Part shown: positions 40,157-49,480 of the stretch, piece by piece | Position numbering within the stretch: position 1 is the stretch's first letter | How the letters are laid out: the number at the start of each line of letters is the position of its first letter | Assembly (NCBI GenBank): GCA_965203905.1 | Contig: CBDBDQ010000005.1 | Location: forward strand, 3,168,001 to 3,232,000 | Direction of reading: 5' to 3' | From: Spirochaetia bacterium | GTDB taxonomy: Bacteria; Spirochaetota; Spirochaetia; SZUA-6; Bin103 | DNA length: 64,000 nt | Position numbers and translations under genes: made by a program | The notes under the pieces: generated by a model | The model's database searches: none | What the model saw: the letters and a program-made list of their open reading frames with translations, nothing else | Told to the model about the DNA's origin: nothing

Positions 40157-40172
40157 TTGGTTGACCAACCAA
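40157..40172. promoter_or_regulatory. Palindrome resembling a GntR/FadR operator
   Basis: TTGGTTG-AC-CAACCAA. Confidence 0.4.
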
Positions 40173-40513
40173 TGCGCCTTCCACAGACGGAATAACTGCC
40201 CGGAATCCTTCCGGAGATTCTGGCCCGTCTGATGAAGGTGAGAAGGATTGAGCGAGGGGTGGCGCATGGCCAGCAGCGGACGCCGGAGCGGCATCAGTCC
40301 TCGGATGGTGCGGGCATGGCGTTCCGAATAGAGAACTACATGCTGATGCTGACGTTGTTGAAGCGGCATCAGGTAGAGACCTTGCTGACTTCCGGTTACG
40401 ACCAGGGCGAGGTTGCGTGCCCTGCGGGGGTTCTGGCGCGGAGCGTGCGTCGGATCGCGGACTGTTGTCTCCCTGAATCGCCGAGAGCTGGAGCCACTCA
40501 GTGCCGGCGATGA
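40173..40513 (+). mobile_element. Degenerate IS21-family left-end remnant
   Basis: End-like sequence TTCCACAG...GGAGATTCTGGCCC, followed by an IstA-like N-terminal HTH (LKRHQVETLLTSGYDQGEVA..AGV..RSVRRIA) that stops early; no DDE domain or istB. Confidence 0.55.
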
Positions 40514-40634
40514 TGCGGGTGTGGTCGTGATCGCCCGTTGGTCCAGTAGGAGAGCGTCGGCCCGACCCTTGCCGGCACGGGAGGTTTGCCGGGAGGATCG
40601 GGCCGACGTACCAGTCATGGACTGGCGGGACTGC

Positions 40635-41516
40635 TCAGGCGGGGTCCTGCTGGTCGCTCGATTCGGGCATGGCGTCGGCTTCCGGCATCGCGTCTGCGTC
40701 CGGCATCCGGCGCTCGAAGCGCTGCTCCATCTCGTCGAAGAACCTGCTCATGTCGCCCCAGGGGGTGCGCCCGAAGCGCTGGCGCAGGGTGTCGAAGTAC
40801 TCCTGCATGCTGCCGAAGGCCGGCACCGCCCAGTAGCGGATGCCCAGCAGCGGCGCGGCGGCGTCGTCCGGGTGCTCGCCGAGGGTGATGGTGGCGGTCA
40901 TCGGCTCGCCCTCGCGTTGGAACTCCAGGCCGATGCTGTCGCCCGGCTGGTGATTGCCGATCAGCTCACCCAGAGCGGTGCCCTCCTCGCCGCCGACCGC
41001 GGCGCCCTCGATCGCCGTGATCCAGTCACCGGGCTGCAGTCCGGCACCGGCGGCGGGGCTGTCCGGAGCCACTTCCATCACCACCGCGCCCGGCGCTCCC
41101 GGCGCTTCGTCCATGCGGAATGCCCGCAGTCCCGGAGCCGACTCCTGTGGTGCGCTCTGCTCCGCCATCTGCTGCACCGCGGGACCGATGGCCAGTCCGA
41201 GCCGCGGCTGCCCCCAGACTCGGTCGAGGGTGATTACCTGCTCGTGCAACTCCTCGCCACGCTGGAACGCAAGGGTGACCTGCGACTCCTCAGCCGCGGC
41301 CAGCGCCGCAATGACGTCGCTGGTACTCGCCATCTCCTGGCCATCGATGCTGACGATCAGGTCGCCTTTCTCGATTCCTGCCGTCGCCGCGGGGCCGTCG
41401 GGATCGACGGCGGCCACCAGGATGCCCGCCTGGTCGCTCAGTGCCATCAGCGGCAAACCCGCCACCAACAGTACCGCTGCCAATCCGTTACGGATCATTT
41501 TCATGGGAACCTCCAT
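40635..41516 (-). CDS. Secreted tandem-PDZ protein
   Basis: Signal peptide; two PDZ motifs (GPAATAGIEKGDLI, SPAAGAGLQPGDWI); no protease domain. Confidence 0.85.
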   Translation of the reverse strand: MEVPMKMIRNGLAAVLLVAGLPLMALSDQAGILVAAVDPDGPAATAGIEKGDLIVSIDGQEMASTSDVIAALAAAEESQVTLAFQRGEELHEQVITLDRVWGQPRLGLAIGPAVQQMAEQSAPQESAPGLRAFRMDEAPGAPGAVVMEVAPDSPAAGAGLQPGDWITAIEGAAVGGEEGTALGELIGNHQPGDSIGLEFQREGEPMTATITLGEHPDDAAAPLLGIRYWAVPAFGSMQEYFDTLRQRFGRTPWGDMSRFFDEMEQRFERRMPDADAMPEADAMPESSDQQDPA

Positions 41517-41635
41517 GAGATTGGGATGCGTAACAACATCCCCGATGAGGTTTGTGTACCGGTTGCCGGCGGGTTAGACTTTCTTAACGGTCGAGTCGGC
41601 GCGGCAGCAGCGCCCGCCGCTCCACCGGTCAAACG

Positions 41636-42913
41636 ATGAGACCCAGATACTTCGACGTTCTGACCTACGGCAAGAGCTACACCGAGGTGCCGCTGATCAG
41701 TCCCTGGCGTACCATCCGCGTCGATCCGAGCCGGGCGGGGCAGTGGATCGTCGCCGGCGACCTGGACGGTGACGGCGAGGCGGAGCTGGTGAGCGCGCGC
41801 AACAACCCGCGGCGCTCGTCGCAGGAGGTGGTGTCGGTGATTGCTCACAAGCTCGACGGCACGATGCTGTGGGAGTGGGGCGAGCCGCGGGCCGGGGTAG
41901 CCCGTCTGGGCTACGACGTGGCCTGCCAGATCCACGACTGGGACGGCGACGGCAGCCCCGAGGTGGTGGTGGCCGGCGCGCGCGAGATCGTGGAGCTGGA
42001 CGGCGCCACGGGTGCCGAGAAACGGCGCCTCCCGGTCCCCGAGGATGCCGCCGACTGCCTCACCTTCGTGAACCTGTCCGGGGGCGAGCGCCCGACCGAG
42101 GTGCTGGTCAAGACCCGCTACGAGCAGATCTGGGCGCTGGACCGGGAGGGGCGCGAGCTGTGGAACGTGCGCTATCCCGCCGGACGGCTGACCGCCCACC
42201 AGGTATTCCCGGTGGACCTGGACGGCGACGGCCGCGACGAGCTGATCGTCGGCTACGCGATGCTGAACCCCGACGGCTCCCTGCGCTGGGAGATGGCGGC
42301 GGCCGCGGAGCTGCCGCTGGGGATCGGCTGCCACCTCGACTGCGCGCGGGTGCTGCGGCGCGGCGATTCGGCGCCGGACTGGCGCTTCGTGGTGACCTGC
42401 TGCGCCAACGAACGGATGGCGGCGGTCGACGGCACCGGCCGCACCGTGTGGGCCGAGGACAACCGCCACTACGAGTCGGTCGACGTGTGCTCGATCTATC
42501 CCGAGCTGCCGGGCAGGCAGATCGTGGTGGACGTCGCCAAGCACGAGGAGGTGGTGGCTCCCATCCACGTGCTGGACGAGGACGGCGTGCTGCTCGGCAA
42601 GCTGTTCACCCGGAACTCGCGCTTCCACTTTCCGATCGACTGGGACGGCTCGGGCCGTGACCTGTTCGTGGTGGGCGGTGAGCACGCCCTGTTCGACGGC
42701 CGCGGCGACAAGGTCGCCATTTTCGACACCCCGGGGATCGACCATCCGAGCGGCCTGATCTGCGGCCGCGGCGACCTGACCGGCAACGGCGTGCCCGACG
42801 TGCTGTTCAGCGCCGACCACGGCAGCACCATCTTCCTGTACCGCAACGAGCACGGGGCGATGTCGGCACCCGGACTGCCGCTGCTCACGGAGGTGAACTA
42901 TACGCTCTACTGA
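41636..42913 (+). CDS. FG-GAP-repeat beta-propeller, rhamnogalacturonan lyase (PL11)-like
   Basis: DLDGDG..E repeats, VKTRY..IWA, C-terminal NYTLY. Confidence 0.75.
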   Translation: MRPRYFDVLTYGKSYTEVPLISPWRTIRVDPSRAGQWIVAGDLDGDGEAELVSARNNPRRSSQEVVSVIAHKLDGTMLWEWGEPRAGVARLGYDVACQIHDWDGDGSPEVVVAGAREIVELDGATGAEKRRLPVPEDAADCLTFVNLSGGERPTEVLVKTRYEQIWALDREGRELWNVRYPAGRLTAHQVFPVDLDGDGRDELIVGYAMLNPDGSLRWEMAAAAELPLGIGCHLDCARVLRRGDSAPDWRFVVTCCANERMAAVDGTGRTVWAEDNRHYESVDVCSIYPELPGRQIVVDVAKHEEVVAPIHVLDEDGVLLGKLFTRNSRFHFPIDWDGSGRDLFVVGGEHALFDGRGDKVAIFDTPGIDHPSGLICGRGDLTGNGVPDVLFSADHGSTIFLYRNEHGAMSAPGLPLLTEVNYTLY

Positions 42914-44726
42914 AGCCACCCGGATCGGAGCACCGCCTGACTGGGCGCTGCGCCAGCGGCGGCTGATCGAGGTGATGGAGCAGGCGGCGCCGGTGTACCA
43001 GGAGCGCTACACCCGGGCCGACGGCAGCTTCGTCTGGCGCGCGCGCTGGCCGGGGATGGACGGCTCCGACGACGGCTACGAGAGCTATCACAACTGGCCC
43101 CTGTTCTATGTCCTGGGCGGCGCTGCCGACCTGCACGAGCGCAGCCGCTTCCTGTGGGAGGCGGTGACGCGCCAGTTCACCGGCTACGGCCAGATCCATC
43201 GCGAGTTCGATGCCTACTACGACTGGATGCACCACGGCGAGTCCTCCCTGTACCTGTACTACTTCGGGCTCGCCGACCCGCTGCGCCAGCCGGACCGGGC
43301 GCGGGCGCTGCGCTTCGCCGGCATGTACCTGGGCAGCGACCCGGAGGCCGCCAACTGGGACCCCGAGCGGCGCATGATCCGTTCGCCCATCACCGGCAGC
43401 CGCGGGCCGCGCTTCGAGAACACCTTCGAGGACTGGGAGGCGGTGCGCTGGGTGCTGGCCGACTACCCGGTGCCGTTCGACGATCTGGACGTGCCTACCC
43501 GCGACGCCGAATGGTATCCGGGCGAGGTGGTGGCCAAGGCCGACTGGAACGACGACGCCGTGTTCGCGGTGATCCTGGAGGCGCTGAACCGGCGCCAGAT
43601 GCGGGGCGACGTGCCGCTCAACCTGACCTGCACCAGCCTGCTGACCCACGCGTTCCTGCTCACCGGGGAGGAACGCTACCGGCGCTGGGTGCTTGACTAC
43701 CTGGAGGCGTGGGCGGACCGCATCGCCGCCAACGGCGGCCTGTGCCCGGACAACGTCGGCCCCGGCGGCACGGTCGGCGAGACCATGGACGGCAAGTGGT
43801 GGGGCGGCTACTACGGCTGGGCCTGGCCGCACGGCAGCCGCACCATCATCGAGCCGCTGCTGATCGCGGCGATGAACGCGCTGCTGCTGACCGGCGACGC
43901 CGGCTACCTGGAGATCCCGCGCGGCCAACTGGCGCGCCTGATCGAGTTGGGGCGCAGCGACGGCGGCCGGCTGCTGGTGCCGCACCGCCACACCGACGCC
44001 GGCTGGACCTCCTGGCGGCCGCTTGAGCCGCACACCGTGGGCCAGCTCTGGTACCTGTCACAGGCGCCGGCCGACCGCGAGCTGATCGACTCGCTGCCGG
44101 AGAGCCGCGGCGAGTGGGCGGAGCTGGTCGAGGGCCGCGGCAAGGGGGACGACGTCCACTTCGGGCCCTGGTTCTGCTATCTGGACGGGCGCCTGCCCGA
44201 CTACCCGCGGCGCCTGCTCGACGTGCAGTACCGGGAGGTGATGCGGCGCATGGACCGGCTGCGCGCCGACGCCGGCGACCCCGAGGAATGGGACGTGCAC
44301 CACTGGCAGGACATCAACCCCGTGCACACCGAGGCGCTGCTGCAGCAGACCTGCGGCGGCCCCCAGGTGATCTACCACGGCGGCCTGCTGCACGTGCGGC
44401 TGCGCTACTTCGACGCCGACGCAAAACGGCCGGGGCTGCCGCCGGAGGTGGCCGCGCTGGTGCCGCAGCTGGACGCCGATGGCACCACACTGGAACTGGT
44501 CAACGTCGGCGCGGTGCACACACGGCGGGCGCTGCTGCAGGCGGGTGCATTCGGCGAGCACCGCTTCACGACGGTGTGCGACCTCGACTCCGATTGCACG
44601 GCCGACATCCACGACCGCCACCTGGAGGTGGTGCTGCCGCCGGGACGCGCGCTGCGCGTGAGGCTGGGCATGCAGCGCTTCTGCCACGCCCCGAGCTACC
44701 GGACCGGGATGGAATTTGGAAGCTGA
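42900..44726 (+). CDS. Conserved hypothetical protein (probable alpha/alpha toroid enzyme)
   Basis: WPGMDGSDDGYE, EFDAYYDWMHHGE, PDNVG, GKWWGGYYGW. First canonical start is 42972, but the frame is open from an SD-preceded ATA at 42900. Confidence 0.8.
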   Translation: MRSTEATRIGAPPDWALRQRRLIEVMEQAAPVYQERYTRADGSFVWRARWPGMDGSDDGYESYHNWPLFYVLGGAADLHERSRFLWEAVTRQFTGYGQIHREFDAYYDWMHHGESSLYLYYFGLADPLRQPDRARALRFAGMYLGSDPEAANWDPERRMIRSPITGSRGPRFENTFEDWEAVRWVLADYPVPFDDLDVPTRDAEWYPGEVVAKADWNDDAVFAVILEALNRRQMRGDVPLNLTCTSLLTHAFLLTGEERYRRWVLDYLEAWADRIAANGGLCPDNVGPGGTVGETMDGKWWGGYYGWAWPHGSRTIIEPLLIAAMNALLLTGDAGYLEIPRGQLARLIELGRSDGGRLLVPHRHTDAGWTSWRPLEPHTVGQLWYLSQAPADRELIDSLPESRGEWAELVEGRGKGDDVHFGPWFCYLDGRLPDYPRRLLDVQYREVMRRMDRLRADAGDPEEWDVHHWQDINPVHTEALLQQTCGGPQVIYHGGLLHVRLRYFDADAKRPGLPPEVAALVPQLDADGTTLELVNVGAVHTRRALLQAGAFGEHRFTTVCDLDSDCTADIHDRHLEVVLPPGRALRVRLGMQRFCHAPSYRTGMEFGS

Positions 44727-44751
44727 CATCGGGAGCAGGACCTCATACACT
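44723..44751 (+). promoter_or_regulatory. Sigma-70-like promoter of the DUF433 gene
   Basis: CTGACA-17nt-TACACT. Confidence 0.55.
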
Positions 44752-44767
44752 CCCGGAAGGAAGCACC

Positions 44768-44995
44768 ATGTTGAATGAACGAGTCGTCATCGATCCGGCA
44801 ATCCGCCATGGGAAACCCGTTATTCGGGGAACCAGGGTACCGATACATCGGATTATCGGAAACCTGGCAGCCGGCTCTTCCCCCGAAGAGATCTGCAAGG
44901 AATACGACATCACGGACGAAGACCTGAGAGCGGCGCTCGCCTATGCACAAGAGCTGATTGAGCTCGAAGAAACCCACCCGCTGCCGACTTCCTGA
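44768..44995 (+). CDS. DUF433 domain antitoxin-like protein
   Basis: DPAIRHGKPVIRGTRVP...EEI..EY.IT.EDLRAALAYA. Confidence 0.92.
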   Translation: MLNERVVIDPAIRHGKPVIRGTRVPIHRIIGNLAAGSSPEEICKEYDITDEDLRAALAYAQELIELEETHPLPTS

Positions 44996-45146
44996 TCCAC
45001 GGTTCCTGCGCCTGCCTCGGCACGCGACGACCTCGTTCATCATACAGCTTGTCGCGCCGTTCCTTGAGCAGATCGACGCACTACCAGAGCTTCGGGGACA
45101 TCTGGCCATCGTGGAGCCAGGCCGAGTACGGTTCCGAAGTCGCTGA
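44996..45146 (+). pseudogene. Remnant of a DUF5615 PIN-like toxin
   Basis: RFL-RLP...LRGHLAIVEPGRVRFR resembles the DUF5615 C-terminus; acidic catalytic core and a credible start are missing. Confidence 0.6.
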
Positions 45147-45157
45147 GTTGAGTTCAC

Positions 45158-45188
45158 CGGCCGCGCGCCTCCAATCTGCGCGCGGCCG
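45158..45188. terminator. Hairpin between convergent genes
   Basis: Perfect 11-bp stem CGGCCGCGCGC/GCGCGCGGCCG with a 9-nt loop; no U tract. Confidence 0.55.
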
Positions 45189-45199
45189 CATGCTACCGG

Positions 45200-47146
45200 C
45201 TACTCCTGCAGGAACCACTGCGCCGGCTGCGATACCTTGAACCAGCTCAGGTCGTCGGAGAAGATCGCGGTCTCCAGCACGTTCTGGAGACGGTTGCTGA
45301 CAATCACCGGCGCCACCGGCCACGCCACCGTGCCGATGACCGGCAGGTTGTCGGAGAAGAACTGCCATACCTCACCGCGATAGCGGCGGTAGTCCTCGTC
45401 GCTCACCGCTTCCAGCGAGTTGATGTAGGAGTCGTAGTAGGCCTTGATCTCGGCGGGCGGCTCCTCGCCGGCCGGCGGCTCGGGACCGATCCTCCCGCCC
45501 TGGTCCCAGGTGGACCACTTGAACCACTCGCCCCACTTCTGCCCCCACACGCTGGAGGTGATGTCGAACGGGGTCGAGTTGGGGATGTAGGAACGCAGCT
45601 CCAGCATGCGGTCGATGCGGGAGACGCGCACGTCGAACTCGTTGGCCTGCAGGCGCTGGCTGATCAGCTCGCCCGAAACCGTCCTCAGGTCGACCTGGAC
45701 GCCCACCGCCTCCCAGTAGTCGCGGATCAACTCGGCGGCGTCGGTGTTGGTCTCGTCGACGTCCATGTTGATGCGCACCACCTCGCCGTTGGCCATGGTC
45801 CGGTAGCCGTTGCCGCTCCTGGCGAGGCCGATCTCGTCGAGCAGCGCGCCGGCGCGCTCGGGGTCGTACTCGGCGAAGTTGGTCGCCCACTTGGGATCGT
45901 AGAACGAGGCGCCGAAGTGGATCGTCGCCTGCTGCGGCACGCCCATGCCGAGGAACAGGAACTCGTTCATCTCGTCACGGTTCAGCGCCAGCGACATCGC
46001 CTGGCGGAACTTGACGTTGCCGAACACCGCCCGCTTGGCCGGGTCGTTGTGGTTCTGGTTGAAGGTCAGGCCGGGATCCGCGGCGTAGATGCGCTGCCAG
46101 TTGCGCAACTCGTAGTTGCCCTGCCGCTCGCCGCGCTTGTAGAGCTGCATCTCCGACTGCTTGAGCAGCCGGCCGGCGACGTCGGACTTGCCCTGCAGGG
46201 CGTCGAGAATCGTCACCTGCTGATCGCTGACGATGTTGACCACCACCCGGTCGATGTAGGGGAGCTGGTTACCGGCCGTGTCCACCACGTGGTAGTAGGG
46301 ATTCCTGGCAAAGGTCTTCTTGAGCTGCACGTCGGTCTCCATCACCCAGGTGCCGAGGGTGGGGACCTTCTTCAGCGCGTCCACGTTGGGGAACACGTTC
46401 AGTTCCTTGCCGTGGGCGTCGACCCAGTTCTCGTGCCCCAGCTCCTTGGCCAGCTCGTTGGCGTTGGGGTTGTGGTCGATGTGGAACTGCTTGGCGAAGT
46501 GGCTCGGCATCATGAAGAAGCTGGGCAGCGTGTACCAGTGGTTGATCATCGACAGCACCGGGCGATAGGGGATCGCCATCTTGATGCGGAAGGAGTAGTC
46601 GTCGAGCTTCTCGAAGGTCGCCAGCTCGCCGCCGATGGTCCACACGAAGCGCACCCAGTGGTTGATCTCGTCGTTGAGCACCACGTCGTTGTAGAAGTAC
46701 ATGACGTCGTCGGCGGTAAGCGGCGCGCCGTCGGACCACTTCATGCCCTCGCGCAGGTAGATGGTCAGCTCGGTGCCGTCGTCGGACAGGTCGTAGCCCT
46801 TGGCGACGTCGGGGATCACCGCGGAACAGCTCGGGTCGGTGGTGAACAGGTAGGAGAGCCGGACGTGGCCCAGATCGGACCAGCCGCCGGTGTTGGAGGC
46901 ACTGATGGTGCCGCCGTAGGTGCCGATCTCGTTGAGCGGTTCCAGCACCAGCGGATCGTCGGGCAGGCGCTCGGCAACCGGCGGCAGATCGCCGGAGGCC
47001 ACCAGCGCGGCCAGCATCGGCGCCTCGTCGAAGCTGGTGATCCCGAGCTGCGATGCGGTACGCGCCTCCAGCCAGGTCGTGGGGATGGCGGCCGCGTAGG
47101 CGACGGACACGAGGCACAGACAGAGTGCCGACAGAGCCTTCTTCAT
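45200..47146 (-). CDS. ABC transporter substrate-binding protein, family 5 (DppA/OppA-like)
   Basis: Signal peptide, EAPML..LPPVAERLP, LREGMKWSDGAPLTADDV, GNQLPYID; AAGGAGG RBS. Confidence 0.93.
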   Translation of the reverse strand: MKKALSALCLCLVSVAYAAAIPTTWLEARTASQLGITSFDEAPMLAALVASGDLPPVAERLPDDPLVLEPLNEIGTYGGTISASNTGGWSDLGHVRLSYLFTTDPSCSAVIPDVAKGYDLSDDGTELTIYLREGMKWSDGAPLTADDVMYFYNDVVLNDEINHWVRFVWTIGGELATFEKLDDYSFRIKMAIPYRPVLSMINHWYTLPSFFMMPSHFAKQFHIDHNPNANELAKELGHENWVDAHGKELNVFPNVDALKKVPTLGTWVMETDVQLKKTFARNPYYHVVDTAGNQLPYIDRVVVNIVSDQQVTILDALQGKSDVAGRLLKQSEMQLYKRGERQGNYELRNWQRIYAADPGLTFNQNHNDPAKRAVFGNVKFRQAMSLALNRDEMNEFLFLGMGVPQQATIHFGASFYDPKWATNFAEYDPERAGALLDEIGLARSGNGYRTMANGEVVRINMDVDETNTDAAELIRDYWEAVGVQVDLRTVSGELISQRLQANEFDVRVSRIDRMLELRSYIPNSTPFDITSSVWGQKWGEWFKWSTWDQGGRIGPEPPAGEEPPAEIKAYYDSYINSLEAVSDEDYRRYRGEVWQFFSDNLPVIGTVAWPVAPVIVSNRLQNVLETAIFSDDLSWFKVSQPAQWFLQE

Positions 47147-47199
47147 CGGGTTCCTCCTTGACGGGCAGGTCCGGTGGTTGTCGGTTTGGACCGGCGGCG

Positions 47200-47327
47200 A
47201 GTGTAGCGGGCACCCCACCGGGCGTCAACGCAGCGCAGCCGGCATTGGCCGGCATGGCCGGCATCCGGTGCGCGTGCCGGGTCCCGCCGGCGGCCCGGAT
47301 GACACGCTTCGGCAGCGCCGTTATAGT
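47200..47327. promoter_or_regulatory. Divergent sigma-70 promoter pair of the ABC system
   Basis: Minus strand TTGACG-17-TACACT (47228-47200); plus strand ATGACA-17-TATAGT (47299-47327); three GCCGGCAT repeats between them. Confidence 0.65.
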
Positions 47328-47343
47328 CGCCGCAACAGCTTGA

Positions 47344-48327
47344 ATGCTTCAGTACACCGTCAGGCGAGTTCTTCTGATGATCGTGACATTGTGGATCATT
47401 TCGATCATCAGCTTTGTCGTCATCCAGCTTCCGCCCGGTGATTATCTGACGACGTTGGCCATCAACCTGGAGGAGAGCGGCTATCCGGTCGAAGAGGCGA
47501 TGCTGGAGCGCTACCGGACCCGATTCGGGCTCGACAAGACGCTGTTTCAACAGTATCTGATCTGGATAACCAACTTCGTGCAGGGCGACATGGGTTACTC
47601 TTTCGAATGGCGAGCCGACGTCAACACGCTCATCTGGGAACGCCTTCTGCTGACCGTGGCGCTGAGCACGTCGTCGCTGATTCTGACCTGGATGATCTCC
47701 CTGCCGATCGGTGTCTACTCCGCTCTGAAGCAGCACTCGGTGGGCGACTACGTGTTCACCATTCTCGGCCTGGCCGGAGTTTCGGTGCCGAGCTTCATGC
47801 TCGCGCTGGTGCTCATGTACGTCGCGTTCGACACCTTCGGCATGGACGTTGGAGGATTGTTCTCGCCGGAGTACGGCGACGCCCCCTGGAGCCTCGGGAA
47901 GGTGCTGGACCTGCTCAAGCACATCTGGCTGCCGGCCTTCATCATCGCCATCGCCGGCACCGCCGGCCTGATCCGCACCCTGCGCGCCAACCTGCTCGAC
48001 GAGCTCAAGAAGCCGTACATGATCACCGCCCGCTCCAAGGGAATCGCCTACCGCAAGGTGGTCATGAAGTACCCCATGCGGATAGCGCTGAACCCCTTCA
48101 TCAGCTCGTTCGCCTACATCCTGCCGGCCCTGATCTCGTTCTCGACGATCATCTCCGTGGTGATGAACATGCCCACCACCGGCCCGCTGCTGCTGGGGGC
48201 GCTGCAGACCCAGGACATGTACCTGGCCGGAAGCTTCATCATGCTGCTCAGCGCGCTCACCGTGATCGGCACCTTCTTCTCCGACCTCCTGCTGGCGGCG
48301 GTCGATCCCCGGGTGCGGTTTTTTTGA
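47344..48327 (+). CDS. ABC transporter permease (DppB-like)
   Basis: LPPGD, GDMGYS, TARSKG EAA-like loop, DPRVR. Confidence 0.94.
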   Translation: MLQYTVRRVLLMIVTLWIISIISFVVIQLPPGDYLTTLAINLEESGYPVEEAMLERYRTRFGLDKTLFQQYLIWITNFVQGDMGYSFEWRADVNTLIWERLLLTVALSTSSLILTWMISLPIGVYSALKQHSVGDYVFTILGLAGVSVPSFMLALVLMYVAFDTFGMDVGGLFSPEYGDAPWSLGKVLDLLKHIWLPAFIIAIAGTAGLIRTLRANLLDELKKPYMITARSKGIAYRKVVMKYPMRIALNPFISSFAYILPALISFSTIISVVMNMPTTGPLLLGALQTQDMYLAGSFIMLLSALTVIGTFFSDLLLAAVDPRVRFF

Positions 48328-48329
48328 GG

Positions 48330-49475
48330 ATGTTGACGGCGCGGAAGCCACGCCGTGGCAGGCGTGCCGGCGGGACCGCGGAACTCGACGATCTGTACAC
48401 GTCGTCGCAGTGGAAGCTGATCGTGATCCGCTTCCGCAAGCACAAGCCGGCGGTGGTATCCCTGTTCCTGCTGGCGCTGTTCTACCTGCTCGCGCTGCTG
48501 GCTCCGTTTTTCTCCGTGCACGATCCCAACGAGAAGAATGCGGACTACCGGGAGGCGCCGCCGCAGGGAATCTACTTCCTCGACCACGCCGGAAACTTCT
48601 CGCTGTTTCCAGTGACCTATCCGTTCTCCAAGGCGATGGATACCGAGACTTTCGAGGTCGTGTTCAGCAACATTACCGAGCAGAAGACCAGGCTCAAGCT
48701 GTTCGCCAAGGGGTTCGAGTACCGGCTCTTGGGGCTCACTTTGAAGCGTCATTTCATCGGCACGGGGGACCCCGATGTTCCCTTTCACATCCTCGGCTGC
48801 GACAGCCTGGGACGCGATCTCTTCAGCCGCATCCTGTACGGCAGCAGGATCTCTCTTTCGATCGGGCTGTTCGGCGTGGCCATCAGCTTCTTCCTGGGGA
48901 TCCTGATCGGCGGTATCGCCGGCTACCTGGGTGGTGCCGTCGACAACGTGGTGCAGCGTGCCATCGAGATTCTGCTGTCGATTCCGCAACTGCCGTTGTG
49001 GATGGCGCTGAGCGCGGCGCTGCCGCGGGACTGGTCGCAACTGCAGAATTACCTGTTGATCACGATCATCCTGTCGATCATCGGCTGGACCGGGCTGGCG
49101 CGCATCGTGCGCGGCCGCTTCCTCAGCCTGCGCACGGAGGATTTCGTCACCGCCGCCGAGCTGATGGGGCGCAACAACCTGCAGATCATCTTCATCCACA
49201 TGCTGCCCTCGTTCTACAGCTACATCATCGCTTCGCTCACGCTGTCGATTCCGGGGATGATTCTGGGCGAGACCGCGCTCAGCTTCCTGGGCCTCGGCCT
49301 GCAGGCGCCGACCATCAGTTGGGGCGTGCTGCTGCAGGACGCGCAGAACGTGTACGCGATCGCCATCACCCCCTGGATCCTGCTGCCGTGCGTGTGCGTG
49401 ATCATCGTGGTGCTGGCGTTCAACCTGCTCGGCGACGGGCTGCGCGACGCCGCCGACCCCTACGGGAGCCGTTAG
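48330..49475 (+). CDS. ABC transporter permease (DppC-like)
   Basis: LGCDSLGRDLFSRILYGSRISL, ETALSFLGLG, GDGLRDAADP. Confidence 0.94.
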   Translation: MLTARKPRRGRRAGGTAELDDLYTSSQWKLIVIRFRKHKPAVVSLFLLALFYLLALLAPFFSVHDPNEKNADYREAPPQGIYFLDHAGNFSLFPVTYPFSKAMDTETFEVVFSNITEQKTRLKLFAKGFEYRLLGLTLKRHFIGTGDPDVPFHILGCDSLGRDLFSRILYGSRISLSIGLFGVAISFFLGILIGGIAGYLGGAVDNVVQRAIEILLSIPQLPLWMALSAALPRDWSQLQNYLLITIILSIIGWTGLARIVRGRFLSLRTEDFVTAAELMGRNNLQIIFIHMLPSFYSYIIASLTLSIPGMILGETALSFLGLGLQAPTISWGVLLQDAQNVYAIAITPWILLPCVCVIIVVLAFNLLGDGLRDAADPYGSR

Positions 49476-49480
49476 GCAGG

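Noticed and set aside
39856-40164. 102-aa ORF downstream of HEPN as a third system gene
   Set aside because: No recognisable motif, non-coding-like composition, and it overlaps palindromic sites.
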